NCBI GenBank assembly: GCA_937943625.1 | Contig: CALEAD010000005.1 | Location: forward strand, 12,630 to 76,629 | From: an uncultured Anaerolineae bacterium | Lineage (GTDB): Bacteria > Chloroflexota > Anaerolineae > Promineifilales > Promineifilaceae | Direction of reading: 5' to 3' | DNA length: 64,000 nucleotides | Shown here: piece by piece, positions 56,272 to 64,000 of the stretch | How positions within the stretch are numbered: position 1 is the stretch's first letter | How the letters are laid out: each line of letters starts with the position of its first letter | Position numbers and translations under genes: made by a program | Notes under the pieces: generated by a model | What the model saw: the letters and a program-made list of their open reading frames with translations, nothing else | What the model was told of the DNA's origin: nothing | The model's database searches: none

Positions 56272-58155
56272 ATGTCAATCACCCTCACAAATCTTGTTAA
56301 ATACTTTGGCCAGAACCTGGTGGTCAATAACGTCTCCCTGGAAGTGATGGATGGGGAGCTGTTTGTGCTGCTTGGCGGCAGCGGCAGCGGCAAAAGCACC
56401 ATTTTGCGCCTGATTTCCGGGCTAATTACCCCAGACGCGGGGCGCATTGCGCTAAACGGCCGTGACGTGACCGATCTGTCCGTGCAGGCGCGCGGCACCG
56501 GGTTTGTCTTCCAAAATTACTCCATCTTTCGCCACATGACTGTCAACGAGAACGTTGCCTTTGGCCTGCGCATTCGCCGCGTTCCGGTGGCAGAGCAGCG
56601 GCAGCGCTGTGCCGAACTGCTGGACCTGGTAGGATTGGCCGGGCTGGGTGAGCGGTACGCGGACCAGCTATCTGGCGGGCAGCAGCAGCGGGTGGCGCTG
56701 GCACGGGCGTTGGCTTACCAGCCGGCTGTGCTGCTGCTAGATGAACCGTTTGGCGCGCTAGACGTGAAGATTCGCGCCCAACTGCGCCACAGCCTGCGCG
56801 AAATTCAGCAGCGGTTGAAGGTGACGACCATTCTGGTGACGCATGACCAGGAAGAGGCGTTTGAGCTGGCAGATCGCATTGGCCTGATCCATCGTGGACG
56901 GCTGGTGGAAGTGGGGCCGCCAGAAAAGTTGTATCACCAGCCACGCACCGAGTTTACGGCAACCTTTATCGGTGGCGGCAATGTGCTGGTAGGGCGGCGC
57001 GAAGGGGAGTTTATCCGCCTGGGGCAGAGCCGGCTGCCCATGCCGCCTGATGCGCCCCCTCATGATGAGGGCGCGCCGGTGCGAATTCTCTTTCGCCCGG
57101 AAACGGCCGTTGCCCAACCAAACCCCTTTGACCCGCACGAAGGCATCACCCCCCTGGGTGTGGGCACCATTCGCGCGCAAATTTTTACCGGCCCGCTACA
57201 GCGGCTGGTGTTGGCGGTAGACGCGCTAGAGGGGACGCGGCAGCTTGTGCCCGAACCTGTCTATGGCCAGCGGCGCACGCGCATTGAGGTAGCCTTGCCC
57301 AGCCGGTATCAGGAGGGGGAGGGATTGGCCGTAGGGCAGCAGGTCTGGCTTGGCGTGCGCAACTTTCACGTGCTTGACCCGACTGGACTAAAATTGCTTA
57401 TCCACGCTGAAGGGTCGCCGGCAGGGACGGTGGCGGTTGCTTTTGGTTGCCTGTTGGCCCAGGCGGCTGGTGGGCCGGTGACGTTGCTGGGGTTGGCGGA
57501 GGGCGCGGATCAAATCACGGCCGTTGCAGAGCGGTTGAACCAGGCAGCGCATACCTGGATGCCTCACCTCCCCTTTTTAGAGACGCGCGTGCGCCAGGGA
57601 GATTTGCAGGAAATCAGGCGCGAAGCCCAGGAAGGGGACTATGAAATTGTGGTTCTGGGGCGCGTTGCCAGTGAGACGACGGACGGTCGGGAAACGGCCG
57701 TTGTGCGTCAACTCTTTTTTAGCATTGGCGTTTCTGTGCTTTATGTGACCGTCCCGCGGCCACAGGTGAAGCGCATTCTCATCTGTACAGCCGCGGGCGA
57801 GCCGGGTAAGCGGGACGTGATTTTTGGCGGCCGCGTAGCTCGCCGCACCGGCGCCCAGGTTACGGTCTTACACGTCCTCAATCCGCTGACTGACGACGCG
57901 GAGCGGCAGCGTGCGGAACGACATTTGCAGCAGGCGCAGGCCTCTCTGGCCTCCCTGGGCGTGCACAGCCAGATTGAACTGCGCGCAGGAAAGCCGCTGG
58001 AGATGATGCTGAAAACTGCGACGCAGGATTACGATCTATTGGTGATTGGTGCACCGGCGCCTCCTGCACCGCAACACCTCGTCTGGCCGGAGCTGACCGG
58101 CCAGGTTGTCAGCCAGGCCCCTTGCCCGGTGTTGGTTGTGCCCATGCAAGCATAA
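56272..58155 (+). CDS. CysA-like ABC ATPase fused to a TOBE-like domain and tandem universal-stress-protein domains
   Basis: Walker [10 protein letters not shown], signature LSGGQQQR and Walker B LLLDEP, then a TOBE-like region. Two USP-like modules follow (EIVVLGRV.. and [10 protein letters not shown]...CPVLVVP). The track ORF starts at GTG 56248. Confidence 0.7.
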   Translation: MSITLTNLVKYFGQNLVVNNVSLEVMDGELFVLLGGSGSGKSTILRLISGLITPDAGRIALNGRDVTDLSVQARGTGFVFQNYSIFRHMTVNENVAFGLRIRRVPVAEQRQRCAELLDLVGLAGLGERYADQLSGGQQQRVALARALAYQPAVLLLDEPFGALDVKIRAQLRHSLREIQQRLKVTTILVTHDQEEAFELADRIGLIHRGRLVEVGPPEKLYHQPRTEFTATFIGGGNVLVGRREGEFIRLGQSRLPMPPDAPPHDEGAPVRILFRPETAVAQPNPFDPHEGITPLGVGTIRAQIFTGPLQRLVLAVDALEGTRQLVPEPVYGQRRTRIEVALPSRYQEGEGLAVGQQVWLGVRNFHVLDPTGLKLLIHAEGSPAGTVAVAFGCLLAQAAGGPVTLLGLAEGADQITAVAERLNQAAHTWMPHLPFLETRVRQGDLQEIRREAQEGDYEIVVLGRVASETTDGRETAVVRQLFFSIGVSVLYVTVPRPQVKRILICTAAGEPGKRDVIFGGRVARRTGAQVTVLHVLNPLTDDAERQRAERHLQQAQASLASLGVHSQIELRAGKPLEMMLKTATQDYDLLVIGAPAPPAPQHLVWPELTGQVVSQAPCPVLVVPMQA

Positions 58156-58202
58156 CTGCCGTTTACCGGCTACCTGGCGGGCAGGTGCAGCCTTTGTCAC
58201 GC

Positions 58203-59354
58203 TTATTCTCTGGGCAAGGGCAGGGTAAAGTGAAAGCGGCTGCCCTGTCCCTCCCCCTCGCTTTCTGCCCAGATGCGCCCACCGTGTGCTTCTACCAGGT
58301 GACGAGCAATGGTCAGGCCAATGCCGCTGCCGCCACTGGCGCGTGCGCGCGACTTGTCCACGCGGTAGAAGCGCGTGAACAGATGGGGCAAATGCGCGGC
58401 CGGAATGCCCACGCCGGTGTCGCTGACCGTGATACAGAGGGCGCCGGGTTGGGCAACGGCCGTTACCATCACCTCACCCCCTGCAGGCGTATATTGCAGC
58501 GCGTTGCCAATCAGGTTAATCAACACCTGGGCAATGCGGTCGCCATCAGCCGACACAACCGACAGAGCGGGCGCCGGCTGTACGTGCAGCGCTACCCCCT
58601 TGTCTGCAAACTGACGGTGCAGGCGATTGGCGATCTCTGCTAACAGCACACCTATATCTACTGGCTGGCAGCGCAATTCATACGCGCCCGCCTCCACGCG
58701 GCTCAGCTCTTGCAAGTCGGCTACCAATTGCTGCAAACGCGCCGCTTCCTGGTGAATTTGTTGGAATGTGGTGGCGTCGGCGGGCAGCACGCCATCCATC
58801 AATCCTTCCATGGAGCCTTTGATGACGGTCAGTGGCGTGCTGAGTTCGTGGCTGACGTCGCCAATAAGCTGGCGACGCATGGTTTCTGCTGTAGCAAGCT
58901 GGCGCGCCATCTGGTTGAAGCTGTGTGCCATTTGCCCAATTTCGTCTAATTCCGCAAGGGGGCGATTGGGCAGGGGCAGGATACGGCCGTAATTGCCCCG
59001 GGCAATATCGCGGCTGGCTTCCATAATCTGGCGCACGGGTTGCACAATGCGCCGCGTCATCAGGGCGCTCAGCGCCAGGGCAATCAGGCTGGCGACGCCC
59101 AAAGCAATTAGAGTGGCTTCGGTGACGGCCGTTCTAAAATTCACCACCAGGTCACTTGCCAGGTCACGGTCGGCCATCAGGTGCTGATTGCCCAAACTCA
59201 GCATCGCCATCTCCATGGCCTCCAGGTGGCGGGCAAAGGCGCGGGGCAGGGTTAGCTCCATAGCCAGCACCAGCACAGCCGCTGCCAGCAGCACCACTGC
59301 CAGATAGGAGAGGAAGAGCTTCCAGCCCAATCGTCGTCTGAAGGTGTTGCGCAT
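58203..59354 (-). CDS. Sensor histidine kinase (2 TM + HAMP), CusS/CopS-like context
   Basis: H-box VSHELSTPL plus DTGVGI and GSGIGLTI. Downstream of an OmpR regulator in a copper-type gene neighbourhood. Confidence 0.75.
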   Translation of the reverse strand: MRNTFRRRLGWKLFLSYLAVVLLAAAVLVLAMELTLPRAFARHLEAMEMAMLSLGNQHLMADRDLASDLVVNFRTAVTEATLIALGVASLIALALSALMTRRIVQPVRQIMEASRDIARGNYGRILPLPNRPLAELDEIGQMAHSFNQMARQLATAETMRRQLIGDVSHELSTPLTVIKGSMEGLMDGVLPADATTFQQIHQEAARLQQLVADLQELSRVEAGAYELRCQPVDIGVLLAEIANRLHRQFADKGVALHVQPAPALSVVSADGDRIAQVLINLIGNALQYTPAGGEVMVTAVAQPGALCITVSDTGVGIPAAHLPHLFTRFYRVDKSRARASGGSGIGLTIARHLVEAHGGRIWAESEGEGQGSRFHFTLPLPRE

Positions 59355-59430
59355 GGTTAGTAGGGGGGACTGGAGACGGTTAGCGGTCTGCGGTCAAATT
59401 ATTCAGATTGCTTGCACCATGCCCTCATTG

Positions 59431-60111
59431 CTAATCGCTAACCCCTTCAAATCGGTATCCCACGCCGCGTACGGTGACAATGCCGTGATGAGGCCCCAAT
59501 TTTTGCCGCACGTGTCCCAGGTGCACGTCTACCACGCGAATTTCGCCAAAAAAATTTTGGCCCCACACCTGCTCTAACAATTGTTCGCGGCTGAGAACCA
59601 TGCCGCGATGCTCGGCCAATGTTTTTAGCAGGTCAAACTCAGTGGTGGTTAGCTCTACCTCCTGGCCAGCGGCCCAAACGCGGCGGGCAGCAAGGTCAAT
59701 GCGCAAGTGGGCAAACTGCATCACCCGGCTTTCGGGCAGGTTGCCGCTTTGCAGGCGCCGCAGCGCCGCTTTGATGCGTGCCACCAACTCGCGCGGGCTG
59801 AATGGCTTGGTCAGGTAATCGTCTGCGCCAACCGCCAGCCCTACCAGCTTGTCTGTCTCCTCGCTGCGGGCGGTGAGCAAAATCACGTACACGTCTGACT
59901 CGCGCCGAAGCTGGGCCAATAGTTCCAGCCCATCCATGCCGGGCAGCATGATGTCTAGCACCAGCAGGTCGGGCTGGAAGGCGCGGCACAGTTGCAAAGC
60001 GATACGGCCGTCTACGGCCGTTTTCACCTCGTACCCTTCTGGCCGTAAATAGGCCGTTACCAGGTTCAGGATGTTCTGCTCGTCGTCAACCACCAGGATT
60101 TTAGCGCTCAT
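59431..60111 (-). CDS. OmpR-family response regulator
   Basis: ILVVDDEQ...LDIMLPGMDG receiver plus a winged helix (TTTEFDLLKTLA...GVGYRF). Confidence 0.8.
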   Translation of the reverse strand: MSAKILVVDDEQNILNLVTAYLRPEGYEVKTAVDGRIALQLCRAFQPDLLVLDIMLPGMDGLELLAQLRRESDVYVILLTARSEETDKLVGLAVGADDYLTKPFSPRELVARIKAALRRLQSGNLPESRVMQFAHLRIDLAARRVWAAGQEVELTTTEFDLLKTLAEHRGMVLSREQLLEQVWGQNFFGEIRVVDVHLGHVRQKLGPHHGIVTVRGVGYRFEGVSD

Positions 60112-60133
60112 GTTGGCGGGTGCAGCGAATAGG

Positions 60134-60149
60134 TGACAAGAGATGACAA
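60134..60149 (-). promoter_or_regulatory. Direct repeat TTGTCA-N4-TTGTCA (10-nt period) upstream of the OmpR-family regulator gene
   Basis: The plus strand reads TGACAAgagaTGACAA, 23-38 nt upstream of ATG 60111. The geometry fits OmpR/PhoB-type tandem half-sites. No experimental support. Confidence 0.25.
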
Positions 60150-60236
60150 ATTCAGGCATGGATCATGATACGCGGAAGGGATGCTTTACGAGTTTTTTCG
60201 ACCGTTGGCGGCAGATCGTCTTGCCTTTCCTGTATT

Positions 60237-60264
60237 GCGGTCGGCGGTCTGCCGTCAGTGGTCA
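60237..60264. repeat. Tandem heptamer array (4 units)
   Basis: Units are GCGGTCG GCGGTCT GCCGTCA GTGGTCA, followed by AAAAATT. Confidence 0.85.
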
Positions 60265-60322
60265 AAAATTTGTAAAGATGCTTTGAACCATGCCTAAGTT
60301 TAATTATACCAATTGCCAATAG

Positions 60323-61558
60323 CTAATCGCTCACTTCGCTTAATGCCTGCAAAAAAGCCAATAGCTGGGCGCGTTCGCGGGGAGAAAGGTGCAGGGGTTC
60401 CAGCTGGCTGTGCCCGGCAGGGGCGGGTGGGGCCAGGTGATAGTGCATAATCACCTCTTGCAAGGTGGCAAACTGGCCGGCGTGCATGTAGGGCGGCCGT
60501 TCGGCCACGTTGCGCAGGCTGGGGGGCTTAAAGGCGCGCAGTAGTTCTTCCCCTTCGCTGAGAATGAAGCGCAGTTCGGCGCACTGCTGCGGCGCGGCGT
60601 CGCTGTAGGGGCTGAGGCAGTTGAACTCATCGGCCAGCACGAGCTGCGCGCCAGCAGCGCGGCCGGTGTCTTGGGGTAAACCGGGCGCGTCAGGAACGGC
60701 CGTGTTGTGAAAATCATTGTCTGTCAACAGCGGCCCATTATGACACTGAATGCAGTTTGCCCGGTCGATAAACAGGCGCAGCCCTGCTACCTCATCGGCT
60801 GTCAGGCTGGCGCGCATGGTGCGGGTGTCGCCTTCTAACAACGCCTGCACGTAGGCATCAAAGCGTGAGGGGCCGGGCATGATTGTGCGCTCAAAGGCGG
60901 CAATTGCCTTGCCCATGTTTACGTAGATGCGTGTTACCGCTTCCTGCGCGGCGGGTGTCATGGCGTCCCAGGCGGCGCGAGCAGCAGGGTCTGCTGCTGG
61001 CCCGGCGCTGGCGGGCACACCGCTCAGGTCGGGTAGGGGGCCAAAGAGCGCCTCGTATTCGCTGCGGTAGTGTGCGGCAATCAGGTGGGCGTACTGTGCG
61101 CGCGTGCCGCCATGCTCGACTGGGTTTTCTAGCGGTCCTAGCGCCTGTGCCCACAGGCTGTCTTTACGGCCGTCCCAAAATAGCCAGGGGCTATAGGCCA
61201 TGCCCGCAATTGGCATTGTGCGCCGGTCTGTCGTGCCTATGCCCTGTGCCAGTGGTAGCCCGTCCTGGAAGCCCAGTTCCGGCAGGTGGCATGTGCCACA
61301 AGCAACCCGGCCATTGTTGCTGAAGCGCGCATCAAAGAACAGGCGTTCTCCCAGGGCAATGGCGCGGGGGTCGTCCGCGTAGCGGTTGGAGGGGTCAGGG
61401 GGGAGTGGGGGCAGGCTGCCCAGCCATAGGGTGCGCAGCATGGCAACTTCTGCCTCTGTCCAGCGGTCGGCGCTGCGCGGCCCGAAGATAAATATGGCCG
61501 TAGCCAGGCTAATTGTGGCCAGCGCGGCCAGGAGGATGAGCGTGCGTTTTGCTTGCAT
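60323..61558 (-). CDS. Di-haem cytochrome c peroxidase / MauG-family protein
   Basis: Signal or TM anchor, and two CxxCH sites (CGTCH, CIQCH) with CCP-family spacing. Confidence 0.75.
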   Translation of the reverse strand: MQAKRTLILLAALATISLATAIFIFGPRSADRWTEAEVAMLRTLWLGSLPPLPPDPSNRYADDPRAIALGERLFFDARFSNNGRVACGTCHLPELGFQDGLPLAQGIGTTDRRTMPIAGMAYSPWLFWDGRKDSLWAQALGPLENPVEHGGTRAQYAHLIAAHYRSEYEALFGPLPDLSGVPASAGPAADPAARAAWDAMTPAAQEAVTRIYVNMGKAIAAFERTIMPGPSRFDAYVQALLEGDTRTMRASLTADEVAGLRLFIDRANCIQCHNGPLLTDNDFHNTAVPDAPGLPQDTGRAAGAQLVLADEFNCLSPYSDAAPQQCAELRFILSEGEELLRAFKPPSLRNVAERPPYMHAGQFATLQEVIMHYHLAPPAPAGHSQLEPLHLSPRERAQLLAFLQALSEVSD

Positions 61559-61609
61559 AGGTGGGAGGGATGGTTGGTTGAATACTGCTAACCAACCAAC
61601 GTTCCTCTT

Positions 61610-62080
61610 TCAACGGCCGTAACTGGCAAATATCTCTATGTTGCCATGACGGTCAAACGTCAGCACGTCATACGGTTCGGTGCGGCCGTCGGGCGATTCC
61701 ATGCCTGGGGAGCCAAGCGGCATACCGGGCACAGCCAGGCCAATAATATCGGGGCGTTTGGCCAACAGGCGGGTTACTTCGGCGGCGGGAATATGTCCTT
61801 CTAAAACGTAGCCATCCACGATGGCAGTGTGGCAGGAATAGAGCTGTGGGGGAATCTGGTACTGCTGCCGGATGGCCAGGCCATCGCGCACGGGAATTTC
61901 GGCAACATGAAACCCTTCCTTTTTCATGTACTCCATCCAATCGCCACAGCAGCCTCAGGTGGGTGGGTAATAAACTTGCACGACTGGCGCGCCAAGGTCT
62001 GCGGGCTGCGTTTGTTCGGCGGAGCAGGCCACCAGTATGGGCAGCGCCAGCAGCAGCAGTAAGTGAACAATTCGGGTCAT
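61610..62080 (-). CDS. CopG/DUF411-family lipoprotein gene interrupted by an in-frame TGA (candidate selenocysteine codon, or a pseudogene)
   Basis: AAGGAG 6 nt upstream of ATG 62080. Signal peptide with lipobox ILVAC. The reading frame runs VVQVYYPPT-TGA-GCCGDWMEYMKKEGF and continues into the track ORF 61610-61936, which carries the DUF411 motifs (SCHTA, VPGMPLGSPGME). The TGA is at 61955-61957. Confidence 0.5.
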
Positions 62081-62141
62081 AAACGTCTCCTTGTGAGTGT
62101 AGAGTATAGAGCTAGAGCTGTAGAGAGATGCTCTAGCTTTG

Positions 62142-62693
62142 CTAGCCGCCCAGCAGAATGTTGAACGTAATGGTGTCTTTTTGCCCGGCGGCTTCGATTG
62201 TAAATGTCACTTCCCACCAACCGCTCATCTGAAAGCGCAGCCCTTCTACCAGGTAACGGCCGTTGCCCAGGTATTCGGTCACTTGCGGGCGTGTGGGCAG
62301 GCCGTGCCCGTGTTGGGGCATACCGCCGCTAACGGTAATCGTCGCATTTTCGACTGGTTGGCCATCGGCCGTTTCGACATACAGCGTCCAGCTGTGCATC
62401 TGATTAATGGCAACGGGGTCCAGGTCGTTGGTGAACGAGACCTGGAACAGCCCCTGATCGCTGAGGCGGCTTGTGGATGTGTTCAGGTCAGCAGGGGTGG
62501 CACTGCTCATCATACCGTGCATCATGCCCATGCCTCCCATTGGGCCGCGTAGCGGGGTTGCGGGCATTGTTTCTGCCATGCGCTGGTGCATGAGGGTTGG
62601 CCCCATGGCGGGCAGAAGGAAGAGGAGGAGGGCAACGGTAAGAACGGCCGTTGTCAGCGCAGTTACAAGGATGGTGAGTGCTGTTTTTTGCAT
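62142..62693 (-). CDS. Membrane-anchored Met/His-rich, YtkA/FixH-like protein
   Basis: N-terminal TM segment, an [11 protein letters not shown] Met-rich stretch and a C-terminal beta-rich domain with GMPQHGHG. Sits in a copper-handling context. Confidence 0.55.
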   Translation of the reverse strand: MQKTALTILVTALTTAVLTVALLLFLLPAMGPTLMHQRMAETMPATPLRGPMGGMGMMHGMMSSATPADLNTSTSRLSDQGLFQVSFTNDLDPVAINQMHSWTLYVETADGQPVENATITVSGGMPQHGHGLPTRPQVTEYLGNGRYLVEGLRFQMSGWWEVTFTIEAAGQKDTITFNILLGG

Positions 62694-62747
62694 AAGGAGG
62701 TAGTGTACGCTGTTTGCTTAAAGAAATCGACAATCGTACTTAAAGAT

Positions 62748-62757
62748 TTTGTAAAGA
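62748..62757 (-). promoter_or_regulatory. 10-mer TCTTTACAAA shared by the two upstream regions of the copper-type module
   Basis: Identical TTTGTAAAGA (plus strand) at 62748-62757, upstream of the YtkA-like gene, and at 60269-60278, upstream of the regulator/kinase pair. Confidence 0.25.
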
Positions 62758-62828
62758 AATGGCCAGGGGGTGGCGGATGAGCGGGGGGAGCGTGGGAAGT
62801 GGTAATTGCGAATCGCCGATTGCCATTC

Positions 62829-62856
62829 TTCAACCCCTGCGTATCTCAGGTATAAT
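62829..62856 (+). promoter_or_regulatory. Candidate sigma70-type promoter (TTCAAC-16 nt-TATAAT)
   Basis: TATAAT at 62851-62856 ends only 8 nt before GTG 62865 of the open-ended membrane ORF. This implies a leaderless or near-leaderless transcript if the promoter is real. Confidence 0.25.
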
Positions 62857-62864
62857 ATCCCCCT

Positions 62865-64000
62865 GTGAACCAATATCGCTTAAAAGCGCGCCCCTTTCTG
62901 GCAACGGCCGTTGCTTACCTGCTGCTCGTCGTTGCCATGACCTGGCCGCTGACGCTGAATCTGACACAGCGCCTGGCCGGCAACAACATAGACAACTGGC
63001 TGTATGTCTGGAACAATTGGTGGCTGCGCCAGGTGATTGCGCATGAGGAGTCGCTGTTCTTCACCCCTTACCTCTTTGCGCCGCAGGGCGTCAGCCTGAT
63101 TGCGCACGCCAACTCTTTTCTCAATTCTTGGCTGGCTTACCTGCCTTGGCAATGGTGGGGGCAGGTGGCGGCGCATAACCTGGTGTTCTTGTTTGGCCTG
63201 TGGCTGGGCAGCCTGGGTATGTTTTGGCTGGTGTGGGAGATGAACGGCCGTTTTTGGGGAGCGTTTTTGGCCGGGTTTGTCTACAGCTTTGCCCCCTATC
63301 ACCTGACGCAGGTGCTTGCGCACGATCACCTGGGTGCCATTCACTGGTGGCCCTTTTTTGTGCTGTTCTGGCGACGGCTGTGGCTGCCTGAGGCAGAGCT
63401 GTTGCCTGCGGCGCGTTGGCGTGCGGCCCTGGGCGCGGGTTTGTTTGCGGCGCTGACGCTGTGGGCAGGCATTCAACTGGTTGTGTTGCTGCTGGCCTGG
63501 ACGGCCGTTTACACCCTCTGGCTACTGCTGGCAAAGCGGCACGCCGGGGAACGTCCCGCGCTGGTGCGCCTGATGCCTCATGTGGCGCTGGTGGGGGCAA
63601 CGGCCGTTTTGCTCACTGCGCCCATGCTCATCCCCAAGCTCCAACGCTGGCGCGAGCTGGCCGACACAGCCGCCGCGCTCAACCTGCACGCCATTTCCCA
63701 AACCGATCTGCTGGCCTACTGGATTCCCCCGACCTATCACCCCTTCTGGGGCGACCAGGTAGTGTTCATTTACCAGCGGTTTGTAGATAACCAGGCCTCC
63801 ATGCCCTACCTGAGATATGTGGCGCTGTGCCTGGCGCTGTTGGCGCTGTGGCGGCGGCGCGCCGAGGCTACTTTTTGGGCGCTCAGTGGCCTGTTATGGG
63901 TCACGCTGGCGGCCGGTTCCATCTTGCGCTTCAATGGCACAACCTACCCCGACGTGGTACTGCCTTACACCTGGCTGGGCCGCCTTTTTCCCATCTCTGC
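62865..64000 (+). CDS. Polytopic membrane protein, 5' part (open at window end); GT-C/YfhO-like guess only
   Basis: Not in the supplied track. My hand translation from GTG 62865 finds no stop through 64000 (378 codons). It has many hydrophobic segments and is Trp-rich (NWLYVWNNWWLRQV). Confidence 0.5.
   Translation, partial: MNQYRLKARPFLATAVAYLLLVVAMTWPLTLNLTQRLAGNNIDNWLYVWNNWWLRQVIAHEESLFFTPYLFAPQGVSLIAHANSFLNSWLAYLPWQWWGQVAAHNLVFLFGLWLGSLGMFWLVWEMNGRFWGAFLAGFVYSFAPYHLTQVLAHDHLGAIHWWPFFVLFWRRLWLPEAELLPAARWRAALGAGLFAALTLWAGIQLVVLLLAWTAVYTLWLLLAKRHAGERPALVRLMPHVALVGATAVLLTAPMLIPKLQRWRELADTAAALNLHAISQTDLLAYWIPPTYHPFWGDQVVFIYQRFVDNQASMPYLRYVALCLALLALWRRRAEATFWALSGLLWVTLAAGSILRFNGTTYPDVVLPYTWLGRLFPIS

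Noticed and set aside
62694-62700. Perfect AAGGAGG on the plus strand right next to the YtkA-like gene start.
   Set aside because: No ATG, GTG or TTG with an open frame follows within 5-12 nt on the plus strand. It is simply the complement of the sequence preceding the minus-strand ATG.

Overview
GC-rich (about 60% by eye) bacterial chromosomal window from an anoxygenic phototroph. No rRNA, tRNA, CRISPR array, transposase or phage gene was recognised.

Gene content by region:
- 1-21.9 kb, plus strand: one co-directional bacteriochlorophyll a cluster. Order is bchP, PuhE-like membrane protein, alpha/beta hydrolase, bchF, bchC, bchX, a membrane HhH protein, bchY, bchZ, PucC-family MFS, a lipoprotein, a 40-aa TM peptide, bchI, bchH, cytochrome b561, bchD, a class-V PLP enzyme and an EamA protein.
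- 22-34.8 kb, minus strand: a secreted SdrD/NBR1-domain lipoprotein, M42 peptidase, IMPase-family phosphatase, a membrane protein, ahcY plus a PfkB (adenosine-type) kinase, a GT2 glycosyltransferase, an RfbH-like aminotransferase, a LysM protein and a large GAF histidine-kinase-like protein.
- 35.1-37.3 kb: a scar of decayed genes, namely an ABC ATPase, an ABC-2 permease and a Cys-less xanthine-dehydrogenase-type fragment.
- 37.3-40.9 kb: a DUF3095-like protein and an OmpR/HK pair.
- 41.5-50.2 kb: a pentapeptide-repeat protein and a 10-gene, complex-I-like group 4 [NiFe]-hydrogenase operon.
- 50.4-58.2 kb: a CheY-like regulator, a sensor kinase and a hybrid kinase, translationally coupled to a sulfate-type ABC importer whose ATPase carries tandem USP domains.
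- 58.2-62.7 kb, minus strand: a copper-type module of HK, OmpR regulator, di-haem peroxidase, a CopG/DUF411 gene interrupted by an in-frame TGA exactly at the first Cys of its CxCC motif, and a Met/His-rich YtkA-like protein.
- 62.9 kb to the end: an open-ended membrane-protein ORF that is absent from the supplied track.

Three non-genic sequence layers lie over all of this:
- A highly iterated palindrome, ACGGCCGT, usually extended to AACGGCCGTT. I counted roughly 100 copies by hand against about 2 expected.
- Short tandem heptamer or octamer arrays in most spacers.
- A composite spacer repeat family sitting just upstream of several start codons.

All functional calls come from motif recognition by eye. 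No database search was run.
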